Shown in pieces: positions 13,894 through 24,501 of a stretch of 64,000 nucleotides of DNA. Below the pieces are notes generated by a model, which had not been told where the DNA came from, did no database searches, and was given only the letters and a program-made list of their open reading frames with translations. How positions within the stretch are numbered: the first letter of the stretch is position 1; each line of letters begins with the position of its first letter. This stretch comes from an uncultured Collinsella sp. (lineage in GTDB: Bacteria > Actinomycetota > Coriobacteriia > Coriobacteriales > Coriobacteriaceae), in the NCBI GenBank assembly GCA_900549715.1, contig URPK01000008.1, positions 23,174 to 87,173 on the forward strand, in the 5' to 3' direction. Both the position numbers and the translations under genes were made by a program.

Positions 13894-13955
13894 CAAAAGC
13901 AGTCAATTTGGGACGGGGCTTTTTTGGCTGCCCTGCGCCTCGAGTTGACTTGCTC

Positions 13956-14115
13956 GCCACGAAATGGGCCTATTTACTACGTTTGACCGGTAACCCTCGA
14001 CCATACCGAGAATTGCGAAATCAAAACCGCAGGTAAAGGGCTTGCCAGTTTTGCGAAAACACGGGTATGGTCGACCCACGCGGGCTAAACGTAGTAGATA
14101 GGCCGTTTTTGTGGC
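13956..14115. mobile_element. 160-bp MITE-like nested-palindrome element, copy 1
   Basis: ~29-bp terminal IRs (GCCAC...TACTACGTTT), internal IR TCGACCATACC/GGTATGGTCGA; homologous to 51917-52076 in opposite orientation. Confidence 0.65.
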
Positions 14116-14161
14116 GGCATTCATGTGATGCGGCAAAGGGACAGCCCCTTTGCCGCATTGC

Positions 14162-15250
14162 CTAGTCTAAGCGGACCGGATCGTGGGGGTAGGCGTTGAG
14201 AATCTCGACGCCGTTCTCGGTCACCAGGGCTAGGTCCTCGATGCGGACGCCGGTGTGACCGGGGAGGTATATACCCGGTTCGATAGAGAACGTCATGCCC
14301 GGCTCTACGACCTGCTCGTTGGCGAGCGAGACATCGCCCGGCTCGTGGTCTTGCAGACCGATTGAGTGACCCAGGCGGTGCGTAAAGTACTGCCCATAGC
14401 CCGCATCCTCAATCACGTCGCGTGCGGCGCGGTCCAAGTCGCACATACGAACGCCCGGCGTGATGAGCGCCTCGGCGGCCTCGTTGGCGCGGCGCACGAT
14501 GTCGTAGACGTGTGCGGTCTCCTCGTCCGGCTGGCCCCAAAAGAACGTGCGTGTCATGTCCGAGCAGTAGTTGCGACGGCGTCCGCCAATGTCGAACAGC
14601 ACCACGTCGCCATGCTTGAGCACGGTATCGTCGGGTTCGTGATGCGGGTCGCCGGCGTTGGCGCCAAAGCTCACGATGGGCGGAAAGCTAAAGCCCTCGC
14701 AGCCGTGCTTGCGGTACAGGCCGAGCATCTGGTCGGCGATTTCGCGCTCCGTCACGCCCTCGTGGACGAGTTTGATGGCATCGGCCATCACGGCGTCGTT
14801 GGCGGCCGAGGACACGCGCATAAGCTCCTGCTCGGCGGCATCCTTGTAGGTGCGCGCGGCGGTGACGGCAAAGTCACCCAGGAAAAACTCGCTTGCGGCG
14901 TGGTGCTCTATGAGCGGCATCAAAAAGCCGGAACGCATGACAGTGTCGACGCCAAGCGGCTTGGCTGGGTCGATCTCACTCGCGATGGCGTCGGTCACGA
15001 CGTCGGTGTCGGTGTGGTAGGCCACGCGGGCATTGTCGTACTCGGGCAGCTGATGCAGGGCGTTGACTAAGATCACGGGCTCGTCATCGCGCGCGAGCAG
15101 CACGCCGCAAAAACGCTCGAACATATCGGCATAAAAGCCGGTCAGATAGTAGATCGACCACGGGTCATTCACAAGCAGCTGCGCGCCGGGGTGCTGAGCC
15201 TCGAGCGCATCGAGCACGCGCGCCACACGCTGGTCATCGACATGTGCCAT
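14162..15250 (-). CDS. Xaa-Pro peptidase (M24 family)
   Basis: PHH, YCSDMTRT, HRLGHSIG, EPGIY and GVRIED motifs; AAAGGA RBS before ATG at 15250. Confidence 0.92.
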   Translation of the reverse strand: MAHVDDQRVARVLDALEAQHPGAQLLVNDPWSIYYLTGFYADMFERFCGVLLARDDEPVILVNALHQLPEYDNARVAYHTDTDVVTDAIASEIDPAKPLGVDTVMRSGFLMPLIEHHAASEFFLGDFAVTAARTYKDAAEQELMRVSSAANDAVMADAIKLVHEGVTEREIADQMLGLYRKHGCEGFSFPPIVSFGANAGDPHHEPDDTVLKHGDVVLFDIGGRRRNYCSDMTRTFFWGQPDEETAHVYDIVRRANEAAEALITPGVRMCDLDRAARDVIEDAGYGQYFTHRLGHSIGLQDHEPGDVSLANEQVVEPGMTFSIEPGIYLPGHTGVRIEDLALVTENGVEILNAYPHDPVRLD

Positions 15251-15379
15251 ACATCGTCCTTTCGCTAGGTTGCCACCATGGTATCCCATGCCCGGCACAT
15301 AGGGACGTTCCTTTTATGCCGGCACCTTGGGACACTCCTTGCAAAAGCAGCCAAAAGAGCCCCGTCCCAAATTAGCTGC

Positions 15380-15778
15380 TTAGGTTGGATCGATGTTCAT
15401 GCTGGCGACAAGGTCAATGTTGGTGCCGAGAAGATCTTCCTGCACGACGTCGCCCATGCGGATGGGGGCGTCGACGACTAGGCCGCGGATGAGGTCCATC
15501 GCCTGGGCATGGAGTTCGAGCGGGATGGCTTCGGCCGTGCGCACGGGCAGCAGCGCCTCGTCGCCGCCGGATACGGCCACGGTGGTGGTAAGCACGCGCA
15601 TGGGACAGGTGAGCTCCTGATGCGCGAACGTATCGCCACGTGGGCAGCTGTTGCCGGTTACGGAGTGCACCTCTGCCACGGCGCCGTCTGTGTCGCGCTC
15701 CACCTCTACGGTCAGGAGGCACTCGGATGGGCAGGTGGTGCAGTTGAACTGCAGCGTTTCAATCGCGTTTGTGCTCAT
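15380..15778 (-). CDS. DUF1667-like small metal-binding protein
   Basis: CTTCPSEC, GNSCPRG and PMRVLTTTV motifs; last gene of the FAD-oxidoreductase operon. Confidence 0.8.
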   Translation of the reverse strand: MSTNAIETLQFNCTTCPSECLLTVEVERDTDGAVAEVHSVTGNSCPRGDTFAHQELTCPMRVLTTTVAVSGGDEALLPVRTAEAIPLELHAQAMDLIRGLVVDAPIRMGDVVQEDLLGTNIDLVASMNIDPT

Positions 15779-15782
15779 GACT

Positions 15783-17129
15783 CTACGCCTCCTCAACGGG
15801 GTCGTCGGACAGGACAATCTCGCTAACACCCAAGTCGAGCGCATGCTGAATCACCTTTGCCGGCAGCGGGAAGCTTTCCATGACGCTCGGTTTAAACGGG
15901 CGGACTTTGCCCGCAAACACTTCTTCTCCGTTGGCCAAGATGCGTACTCGAGCGGTATCGACCGGCCGGCGCACGCGGAAGTTGAGCTTGGTGAGCGCCA
16001 CGGCCGTAATGCGTCCCGGCAGCGCGTATCCCGCAATGCCGGCAGGGGAGACGGCGAGCTCGCAGTCCGGAACGACGCCCGCGGCGGTCCCCAGCGCGTA
16101 CGCCGCTGCAGCTGCGCCAGCCCTCTCGGACTCGGTCGTCACATTGTCTGCCAGGTCGTGCACGTGCAGCACGTTGCCGTAGGCAAAGATGCCCGGTACG
16201 CCCGTCTGCAGGCTCTGGTTCACCACGGCGCCGCGCGTGCGCGGATCAAGCTCTACACCCGCGGCAACCGAAAGCTCGTTCTCGGGAATCAGACCCACCG
16301 AAAGCAGCAACGTGTCGCACGGAACAATGCGCTCGGTACCCGGAATGGGCGCCAGGTGCTCGTCGACCTGACTCACCTCGACGGCCTCCACACGGTCGTG
16401 CCCGATCACGCGCGTGACGGTGGCGGACAGGTGCAGCGGAATGCCAAAGTCGTCCAGACAGTTCTTGACATTGCGGCGCAGTCCGTTGGCGTACGGCATA
16501 AGCTCGTACACGCCCTCGACCGAAATCCCCTCGAGCGTGCAGCGGCGCGCCATGATCAGCCCGATATCGCCCGAGCCCAAAATGACGGCACGCGAGCCGG
16601 GCTTGAGGTTTTCGATATTGATGTATCGCTGCGCCAGGCCGGCCGTAAACACGCCAGCGGGACGGCTGCCGGGGATCTTGATCTCGCTGCGGGTACGCTC
16701 GCGGCAACCCATGGCAAGGACGACCGCCCGTCCGGTGAGCTGCAGCATGCCGGTGGGGCTCATGAGCGTGACGGTGTGGACCGCGGTGTCTTCCGCAGGC
16801 TCGCCTGAATCAATCCCAATCACCATGCTGTTCAGGAACAGCGCAATATCGGTTGCATGCACCTGGTCGATAAAGCGCTGCGCGTACTCGGGACCGGTGA
16901 GCTCCTGTTTAAAGTGCGACAGGCCAAAGCCGGGGTGGATGCACTGGCGGAGGATGCCGCCCAGGTGCTGCTCGCGCTCCACGATGGCCACGCGTGCGCC
17001 TGCCTTATGCGCGGCCAGCGCGGCCGCCATGCCGGCAGGTCCGCCGCCGATAACGACCACGTCAAAGACTTGCGTTTGCACGGCTTCTACGACGTCGCAA
17101 TCAATCGCGCTCGATTTGAATTTCGCCAT
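15783..17129 (-). CDS. NAD(P)/FAD-dependent oxidoreductase (Pyr_redox family)
   Basis: GGGPAG, GGILRQCIHPGFG, MGCRER, GSGDIG, GNVLHVHD. Confidence 0.9.
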   Translation of the reverse strand: MAKFKSSAIDCDVVEAVQTQVFDVVVIGGGPAGMAAALAAHKAGARVAIVEREQHLGGILRQCIHPGFGLSHFKQELTGPEYAQRFIDQVHATDIALFLNSMVIGIDSGEPAEDTAVHTVTLMSPTGMLQLTGRAVVLAMGCRERTRSEIKIPGSRPAGVFTAGLAQRYINIENLKPGSRAVILGSGDIGLIMARRCTLEGISVEGVYELMPYANGLRRNVKNCLDDFGIPLHLSATVTRVIGHDRVEAVEVSQVDEHLAPIPGTERIVPCDTLLLSVGLIPENELSVAAGVELDPRTRGAVVNQSLQTGVPGIFAYGNVLHVHDLADNVTTESERAGAAAAAYALGTAAGVVPDCELAVSPAGIAGYALPGRITAVALTKLNFRVRRPVDTARVRILANGEEVFAGKVRPFKPSVMESFPLPAKVIQHALDLGVSEIVLSDDPVEEA

Positions 17130-17130
17130 C

Positions 17131-18594
17131 CTAGCGCACCCCCTTCAGCGGTCCCTCAACCAGCCAAGATCCGGCGTCCTCCAACAGTACCTCGCTGGGG
17201 TCGCAGCCCAGTTCGCGCGCCAGGATCGCTACCACGCGGCTCTGGCAAAAGCCGCTCTGGCACCGACCCATGCCGGCGCGGCAGCGGCGCTTGACGCCCT
17301 CGACCGAAACCGCGCCCGGGCGGCGCCGAATCGCGGCCACGATCTCGGCCTCGGGCACCGTCTCGCAGCGGCAGACAATCTGTCCCCACGCGGGATCCGA
17401 CTCGATCAGCTCCTCCTTGCGCGCCAGCGGTGCGCGGTCAAAGTCGTCCGGCTCGCGGCGAATTGGATTCCAGTCCGCCCGCTCGCGCAGCTCCACGCCC
17501 GACTCACGCATCACAAGTTCTATACGCTCGGCAATGGCAGGCGCGCTCGCCACGCCTGGGGACTGAATGCCCGCCGCTTGGAAGAGCCCCGGCACCACGG
17601 CCGACTGTCCAATAAAGAAGTCGTTCGTTCCCCGAATGACCGGACGCCCGCCGGCAAACGCACGCACCACGCGGTGCGTCTCCAGGTCGGGCACCAGCTT
17701 GCGCGCGCCGTTCAGGAGCGCGTTTACATCGCTCGCATAGGTCTGCGTGTCGCCCGGCTCGCGCACGGCGGCCGTCGCGGTAATCACGGTGTTGCCGTGC
17801 ACGGTTCCCGTGACGATAACGCCCTTGGACACCGGCATGGGAACGGGGTAGAGCGGCATGAGCGCCCGCGGCTCCTTGTCCAGCACCACGATGTTGCCCT
17901 GGCGCCAGACCATCTGAAACTCTTCGGCGCCCGCCATATGCGAGATGTCCGCGGCGCCGTTGCCCGCGGCGTTGATCAGGTAGCGGCAGCGCACCTCTCC
18001 GGCGGGCGTCGCCAGCGTAAAGCGCACAGCCCCGTCGGTAGTCTCGCCGCCAGCAACCTCAATCGCTTCCACCGGCGCAGACCGCATAAATGTCACGCCG
18101 TTGGCGACGGCGTTCTCCAGCGCGGCAATGGCGACCTCAAAGGGATCGACAAAGCCAGTCGAGGGGCACCATAGCGCGCACGTGGCCAGGGCACTCGCGC
18201 GCGGTTCCAGCTCGTGGATGCGCTCGGGGCCGATAATCGACAGCTCGGGAACGCCGTTGGCTATGCCATTCTGGCGAAGCTTCTCCATATGCGTGCGGTC
18301 CTCGTCGCTAAAGCCCAGCACCATCGACCCGGTGCGACAGAACAGAAAGCCCAGCTCCTGCGCCCACGTACCGTACAACTCGCAGCCACGGGCGTTGACC
18401 TGCGCCTTTACGGTGCCCGGCGCCGGATCGTAGCCGGCGTGCACCAGGCCGCCGTTGGCCTTCGACGCGCCCAGGGCGATATCGTTGGCCGCCTCGACCA
18501 CGCAAATGGACAAGTCATAGCGCGCGAGCTGCCGCGCGATGGCGCACCCGGTAATGCCCGCGCCCACAATTGCGATATCAAACGTTTCTGCCAC
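17131..18594 (-). CDS. FAD-dependent oxidoreductase (glycerol-3-phosphate/2-hydroxyglutarate dehydrogenase-like) with C-terminal BFD-like [2Fe-2S] domain
   Basis: GAGITG, ASKANGGLVHAG, GIQSPG, VCRCE and GRCQSGFC motifs; GTG start after GGAGG. Confidence 0.88.
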   Translation of the reverse strand: MAETFDIAIVGAGITGCAIARQLARYDLSICVVEAANDIALGASKANGGLVHAGYDPAPGTVKAQVNARGCELYGTWAQELGFLFCRTGSMVLGFSDEDRTHMEKLRQNGIANGVPELSIIGPERIHELEPRASALATCALWCPSTGFVDPFEVAIAALENAVANGVTFMRSAPVEAIEVAGGETTDGAVRFTLATPAGEVRCRYLINAAGNGAADISHMAGAEEFQMVWRQGNIVVLDKEPRALMPLYPVPMPVSKGVIVTGTVHGNTVITATAAVREPGDTQTYASDVNALLNGARKLVPDLETHRVVRAFAGGRPVIRGTNDFFIGQSAVVPGLFQAAGIQSPGVASAPAIAERIELVMRESGVELRERADWNPIRREPDDFDRAPLARKEELIESDPAWGQIVCRCETVPEAEIVAAIRRRPGAVSVEGVKRRCRAGMGRCQSGFCQSRVVAILARELGCDPSEVLLEDAGSWLVEGPLKGVR

Positions 18595-18762
18595 GGTGCC
18601 TCCCAGACGAGTTGACAGGCCGTCAATAGGACTATCCTACGGTCTGCACGCCCTCAGTGCAGCGGCAATGCGGCGAACAGCCCCGCAACACCCGCCAACG
18701 GCAGGCGAGGGGAGACTCAGGACCATCTGTGACCTCGTCTGCCGCCCCTAGTGTCGGGGGTT

Positions 18763-19302
18763 TGTCTCGTTCTGTAACAGTAAGCAGAAGAGTTGGATTC
18801 CAGATGTTACAGATCGAGACGTTTGCCAGTCGGCCCCTCCGTTTGTCTTGATTTGTAACAGTAAGAGGAGAAAATCGGTCCTATGTGTTACAGATTGAGA
18901 TTTAAAGTCAGGGAGAGATTTTCTGTCTCGATCTGTAACATCTAGGGACCGTTTTGGGGTCTAGATGTTACAGATTTAGATGAACCTATCAGTCGGTTTC
19001 GAATGTCTAAATCTGTAACGGTTAGACCTGTTTTTGCCGAGTTGTTGTTACAGATTGAGATATTGAGATTGGACGTTTTCCTTTGTCTTGATCTGTAACA
19101 GATAGAAGGGTTTATGACCCCTAGTTGTTACAGATTGAGATATTTAACGGAGGTCTCACCGTTCATCTCGATCTGTAACAGTAAGAGGGGTTTTGGGGCC
19201 TAAGATGTTACAGATTGAGATTTAAGTCGGGGAGGGGCCCCTGTGTCTCGATCTGTAACACCTAGACCCGAATTTGCCGAGTATCTGTTACAGATTGAGA
19301 TG
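18763..19302. repeat. Array of 7 units of ~80 bp, each = TGTCTCGATCTGTAACA - 25 bp variable - reverse-complement motif - 21/22 bp variable
   Basis: Forward motifs start at 18763, 18844, 18924, 19004, 19084, 19164, 19244; reverse motifs at 18805, 18886, 18966, 19046, 19126, 19206, 19286. Confidence 0.95.
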
Positions 19303-19401
19303 TTTGTGTCCGCGCCAGCCCCGCGCCTAGCCGTGGTCCCATATAAACAAACCCCGTGGTAAAATTGACCGAACTATAAATATTCCGAAAGGTACACCTC
19401 A

Positions 19402-19833
19402 ATGTCCAAGTACATCTCCGAGCTCATGTCGCCGCAGCTTATGGGCGTCGTCTATGCCTTCGTTGGCTTTATCATCGCCCTGTATGTGCTGTCGGTCGTC
19501 TATGTGTTCATCGACGCCCGCCGCCGCGGCGCCAGCGCCTACGTGGCATGGGGCATCATCGCCCTCATCCCGTTTGTGGGCCTCATCGCCTACCTGGTCC
19601 TGCGCCCGCACTCTTACGCGGCCGACCGCGAGGAGCAGGAGTTGGACATGGCCCTGCGCGAGCGCCAGCTTGCCCAGTACGGTACCTGCCCGCAGTGCGG
19701 CGCCCCCATCGAGAAGGACTTTGTCGTCTGCCCCGTGTGCGACACCCAGGTTCGCAACGTGTGCCCCAGCTGCCATCGTCCGCTCGACGCGCACTGGAAG
19801 GTCTGCCCCTACTGCCGAACTCGCATCCAGTAA
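19402..19833 (+). CDS. Membrane protein with C-terminal double zinc ribbon
   Basis: Two hydrophobic segments, then CPQC, CPVC, CPSC and CPYC; AAAGG RBS. Confidence 0.88.
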   Translation: MSKYISELMSPQLMGVVYAFVGFIIALYVLSVVYVFIDARRRGASAYVAWGIIALIPFVGLIAYLVLRPHSYAADREEQELDMALRERQLAQYGTCPQCGAPIEKDFVVCPVCDTQVRNVCPSCHRPLDAHWKVCPYCRTRIQ

Positions 19834-19988
19834 CGCATCCATCGCCGGGCCGGCCGCAAGCCACGGGCACAGCGCACCACGGGCGCCGCGCGTCACGCGC
19901 AAGCCGCACGCGCGCCCCGCAGCCCCGCCCCACACGATGAAGCATGCGTAGAAAATCGCCCGCCGTGCCATTAAGGTGCGGCGGGCGC

Positions 19989-20016
19989 TTGTATACCAAG
20001 GCAACCTGCCTATAAT
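19989..20016 (+). promoter_or_regulatory. Putative sigma70-type promoter of thrS
   Basis: TTGTAT-16 bp-TATAAT about 70 bp upstream of the start codon. Confidence 0.55.
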
Positions 20017-20086
20017 GATGCAAGTCAAAAACGCCGAACGCATCGCACGCACTTGCATCAGGCATCCGAGAGGAGAAAACATACCC

Positions 20087-21850
<1,764 letters not shown>

Positions 21851-21873
21851 CACAAACTATACAAGAATTAACA

Positions 21874-21949
21874 AAGGCGATCGTCCTTTTGGGCGGTCGC
21901 CTTTTTTGTTGTCTATAGAAGAAAAGCCGCTGGTTAGAGCGGCTTTTTT
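21874..21949 (+). terminator. Two tandem intrinsic terminators after thrS
   Basis: aggcgatcgtcc/gggcggtcgcct + T6 and aaaagccgct/agcggctttt + T tract. Confidence 0.75.
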
Positions 21950-21962
21950 GTTGTGCAAAAAG

Positions 21963-22084
21963 GTACAGGTTTTTGTAGAGGCGTATGGAGATGCACCCAT
22001 TCGCGGCGCTTTTTGTGCAATCTGGGCAAACGCGAGCAGTTTGCTCGTATAATGAGCAACGTCGAAAGATACAAAAACCTGTAC
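21963..22084 (+). promoter_or_regulatory. Polysaccharide-operon promoter enclosed by perfect 15-bp inverted repeats (candidate invertible promoter)
   Basis: GTACAGGTTTTTGTA (21963-21977) and TACAAAAACCTGTAC (22070-22084); TATAAT at 22048-22053 inside; invertibility is inferred. Confidence 0.55.
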
Positions 22085-22175
22085 TTTTGCGACTGCGCCT
22101 AGCTGAGAGCGAGAAGCCTGTTCTTAACGCCCCTGCATTCGTGTGCGTCGCGGATGCGAGTTAAGGGTGTGAGAG

Positions 22176-22766
22176 GTGGAACAGACAATGCGGCGCCAAG
22201 AGCAGCTGCCCGGCGCCTTTAGTGGCGCCACTACCAACAGCCAGCATGGCCGCGTCCGCTGGTATCTGGTCCACACTCCCCATGGTAAAGAGCGCGAGAC
22301 CTGTGAAAAAGTCCGCCGCATAATCCCGCACGAGCTGATGCAGGACGCTTTTGTGATGCAAAAGGAGTTCTGGTTTAAGCGGGACGGCGCCTGGTCGCTC
22401 CAAACCAAACCTATGTACAAGGAATACTTCTTCGTCGCCACGCGCGATGCCGCCCTGCTCGATAGGGCTTTGGCCCAGTTGAGCTTTGGCTGCCGCATTG
22501 CTGGCAGCAGGGAGCGGGCCTATGCGCCCATGCCGGACGATGCGCAGGACTGGTACCGCAGCGTGCTCGACGACGACGGCGTGGTGCGCAACAGCGTGGC
22601 CCGCATAGAAGACGGCGTGCTGCACATAGAGCAGGGGCCCTTGGTGGGGCAAGAGGCCCGTGTAATGAAGATCGACCGTCATAAGCGCTGGTGCCTGGTG
22701 GACGTGGGCGAAGGCGACTCCGCATTTAGGGAGCTGCTTCCGTTGGACGTGCCCAGTAAGACGTAA
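22176..22766 (+). CDS. NusG-paralog transcription antiterminator (LoaP/UpxY/RfaH-like)
   Basis: NGN-type WYLVHTPHGKE and PMYKEYFFV; KOW-like GPLVGQEARVMKIDRHKR; first gene of the polysaccharide locus. Confidence 0.85.
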   Translation: MEQTMRRQEQLPGAFSGATTNSQHGRVRWYLVHTPHGKERETCEKVRRIIPHELMQDAFVMQKEFWFKRDGAWSLQTKPMYKEYFFVATRDAALLDRALAQLSFGCRIAGSRERAYAPMPDDAQDWYRSVLDDDGVVRNSVARIEDGVLHIEQGPLVGQEARVMKIDRHKRWCLVDVGEGDSAFRELLPLDVPSKT

Positions 22767-22774
22767 GGGAGACG

Positions 22775-23650
22775 TTGCGCCGGCAATTCGTTCGCATTTT
22801 GAATTTATCGATTGGGGGATCCCTGGGGGACAGGGACGTAAGTATTACTGTGGCTGCTAAAGAAATAACAGAGAGCAATGCGCCCGAAGGCGCGGCGCTC
22901 ATTGCTCAGACCATGGACCGGCGCGAGGACGCGGCGGGTGCTGGGGTCGGCGCTGAGGTAGACACGGGGACGGTGAGCCTCCCGGGCTCGCGCGAGTTCG
23001 CCGCAGAGTCCCGTGCGCTCGACACGAGGTCGTTCGGTTATCGCTTCGTGAAGCGCACCTTCGACATAGGCCTCAGTTTCTGCGTCTGTGCCGTGGGGCT
23101 CATCCCCGGTGCGGTGCTCTGCGCATTCATCGCGGCGGACACTAAGGGCGCTCCCCTCTACGCGCACGAGCGTGCGGGGCGCTTCGGCCGCCCCATCCAC
23201 GTGCTCAAGTTCCGCTCCATGGTCGCCGATGCCGACGACGTGGAGAAGTACCTCACGCCGGCACAGATTGAGGAGTGGCACCGCGAGCGCAAGGTCACAA
23301 ACGATCCCCGAATCACCAAGCTAGGCCGCGTCCTGCGCAAGACGTCCCTGGACGAGCTGCCCCAGTTCTTCAACGTGCTTGTGGGGCAGCTATCCGTAAT
23401 CGGGCCCCGGGCCATCACCTACGAGGAGCTCGGGAATTTCACACACGAGCAGCAAGTGCAGGTTCTTGCCGTCCCCCAGGGCATCACCGGTGCCTGGCAG
23501 TCGGGCCCGCGCAACCTCGCGACCTTCGAGAACGGCCTGCGCCAGGAGTTCGAGCTCGCCTACGCGCGCGGCGCGAACCTCAAGGCCGACTGGCGGGTCT
23601 TCTTCAAGACCTTCTCTGTGATGTTCGGCAAGAACAAGACGGGGAGGTAG
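22775..23650 (+). CDS. Priming sugar transferase (undecaprenyl-phosphate glycosylphosphotransferase); start uncertain
   Basis: VKRTFDI, KFRSM, DPRITKLG, SLDELPQ, GPR. Confidence 0.92.
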   Translation: MRRQFVRILNLSIGGSLGDRDVSITVAAKEITESNAPEGAALIAQTMDRREDAAGAGVGAEVDTGTVSLPGSREFAAESRALDTRSFGYRFVKRTFDIGLSFCVCAVGLIPGAVLCAFIAADTKGAPLYAHERAGRFGRPIHVLKFRSMVADADDVEKYLTPAQIEEWHRERKVTNDPRITKLGRVLRKTSLDELPQFFNVLVGQLSVIGPRAITYEELGNFTHEQQVQVLAVPQGITGAWQSGPRNLATFENGLRQEFELAYARGANLKADWRVFFKTFSVMFGKNKTGR

Positions 23651-23652
23651 GT

Positions 23653-24501
23653 ATGGATTCCCAGACTTTCCCTCCCTACAGCGTGCTCATGAGTCTCTAT
23701 GCCAAGGAGCGCGCAGAGTACCTGCGCGAGGCGCTGGACTCGATGCTCGACCAGACGGTGCCCCCGGCGGAGGTCGTCGTCGTGAAGGACGGCCCGCTGA
23801 CTGACGAGCTCGAGGACGTCCTCTCCGAGTACGACGCGGCCAACCACGGCCTGTTCAGTTTCGTTTCCTACCCCGAGAACAGAGGCCTCGGCTACGCGCT
23901 TGCCCGGGGCATTGAGGCGTGCTCAAATGAGGTCATAGCCCGCATGGACACCGATGACCACGCCCTTTCGGGGCGCATGGAGCGCCAGCTTGCTCTCATG
24001 TCCGAGCAGGGACTCGACATGGTGGGCAGCAATGTGACGGAGTTTATCGAGGCCTGGGACAAGCCCGTGGCAACGACGGACCTGCCCATAACCCACGACG
24101 AGATCGTCGCCTATTCCAAGCGCCGCAACCCCTTCCGGCACCCGCCCATGACCTTCCGGCGCTCGAAGGTGCTCGCCGCTGGGAGTTACAACGCCGACTT
24201 CCCCTACTTCGAAGACTGGGATCTCTTCAACCGGATGCTTGCCTCGGGCTGCCGTGCGGCCAACGTGCACGAGGCCCTTGTGGCAATGCGCGTGAGCCCA
24301 GACTTCTACGCTCGCAGAGGAGGTCGAGGCTATCTGTCGCACGCGCGGCGCTTCAAGCGGGCGCAGCTGGCATGTGGGTATTTCAGCGCTGCCGACTACT
24401 TCATCTCGTTTGTTCCCCAGGCAGTTGTCTGCCTCATGCCCAACGCCCTTCGCGGGCTCGTATACACAAGGATTCTCCGGAAAGGGGGAGATGCGGAGTG
24501 A
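23653..24501 (+). CDS. Glycosyltransferase family 2 (AmsE/WbbD-like)
   Basis: YSVLMS, VKDGPL, ARMDTDD, FEDWD; GGAGGT RBS. Confidence 0.9.
   Translation: MDSQTFPPYSVLMSLYAKERAEYLREALDSMLDQTVPPAEVVVVKDGPLTDELEDVLSEYDAANHGLFSFVSYPENRGLGYALARGIEACSNEVIARMDTDDHALSGRMERQLALMSEQGLDMVGSNVTEFIEAWDKPVATTDLPITHDEIVAYSKRRNPFRHPPMTFRRSKVLAAGSYNADFPYFEDWDLFNRMLASGCRAANVHEALVAMRVSPDFYARRGGRGYLSHARRFKRAQLACGYFSAADYFISFVPQAVVCLMPNALRGLVYTRILRKGGDAE

Noticed and set aside
18763..19302. CRISPR array
   Set aside because: Repeats alternate in orientation, are only 17 bp and degenerate, several spacers resemble each other, and no cas genes are in the window.
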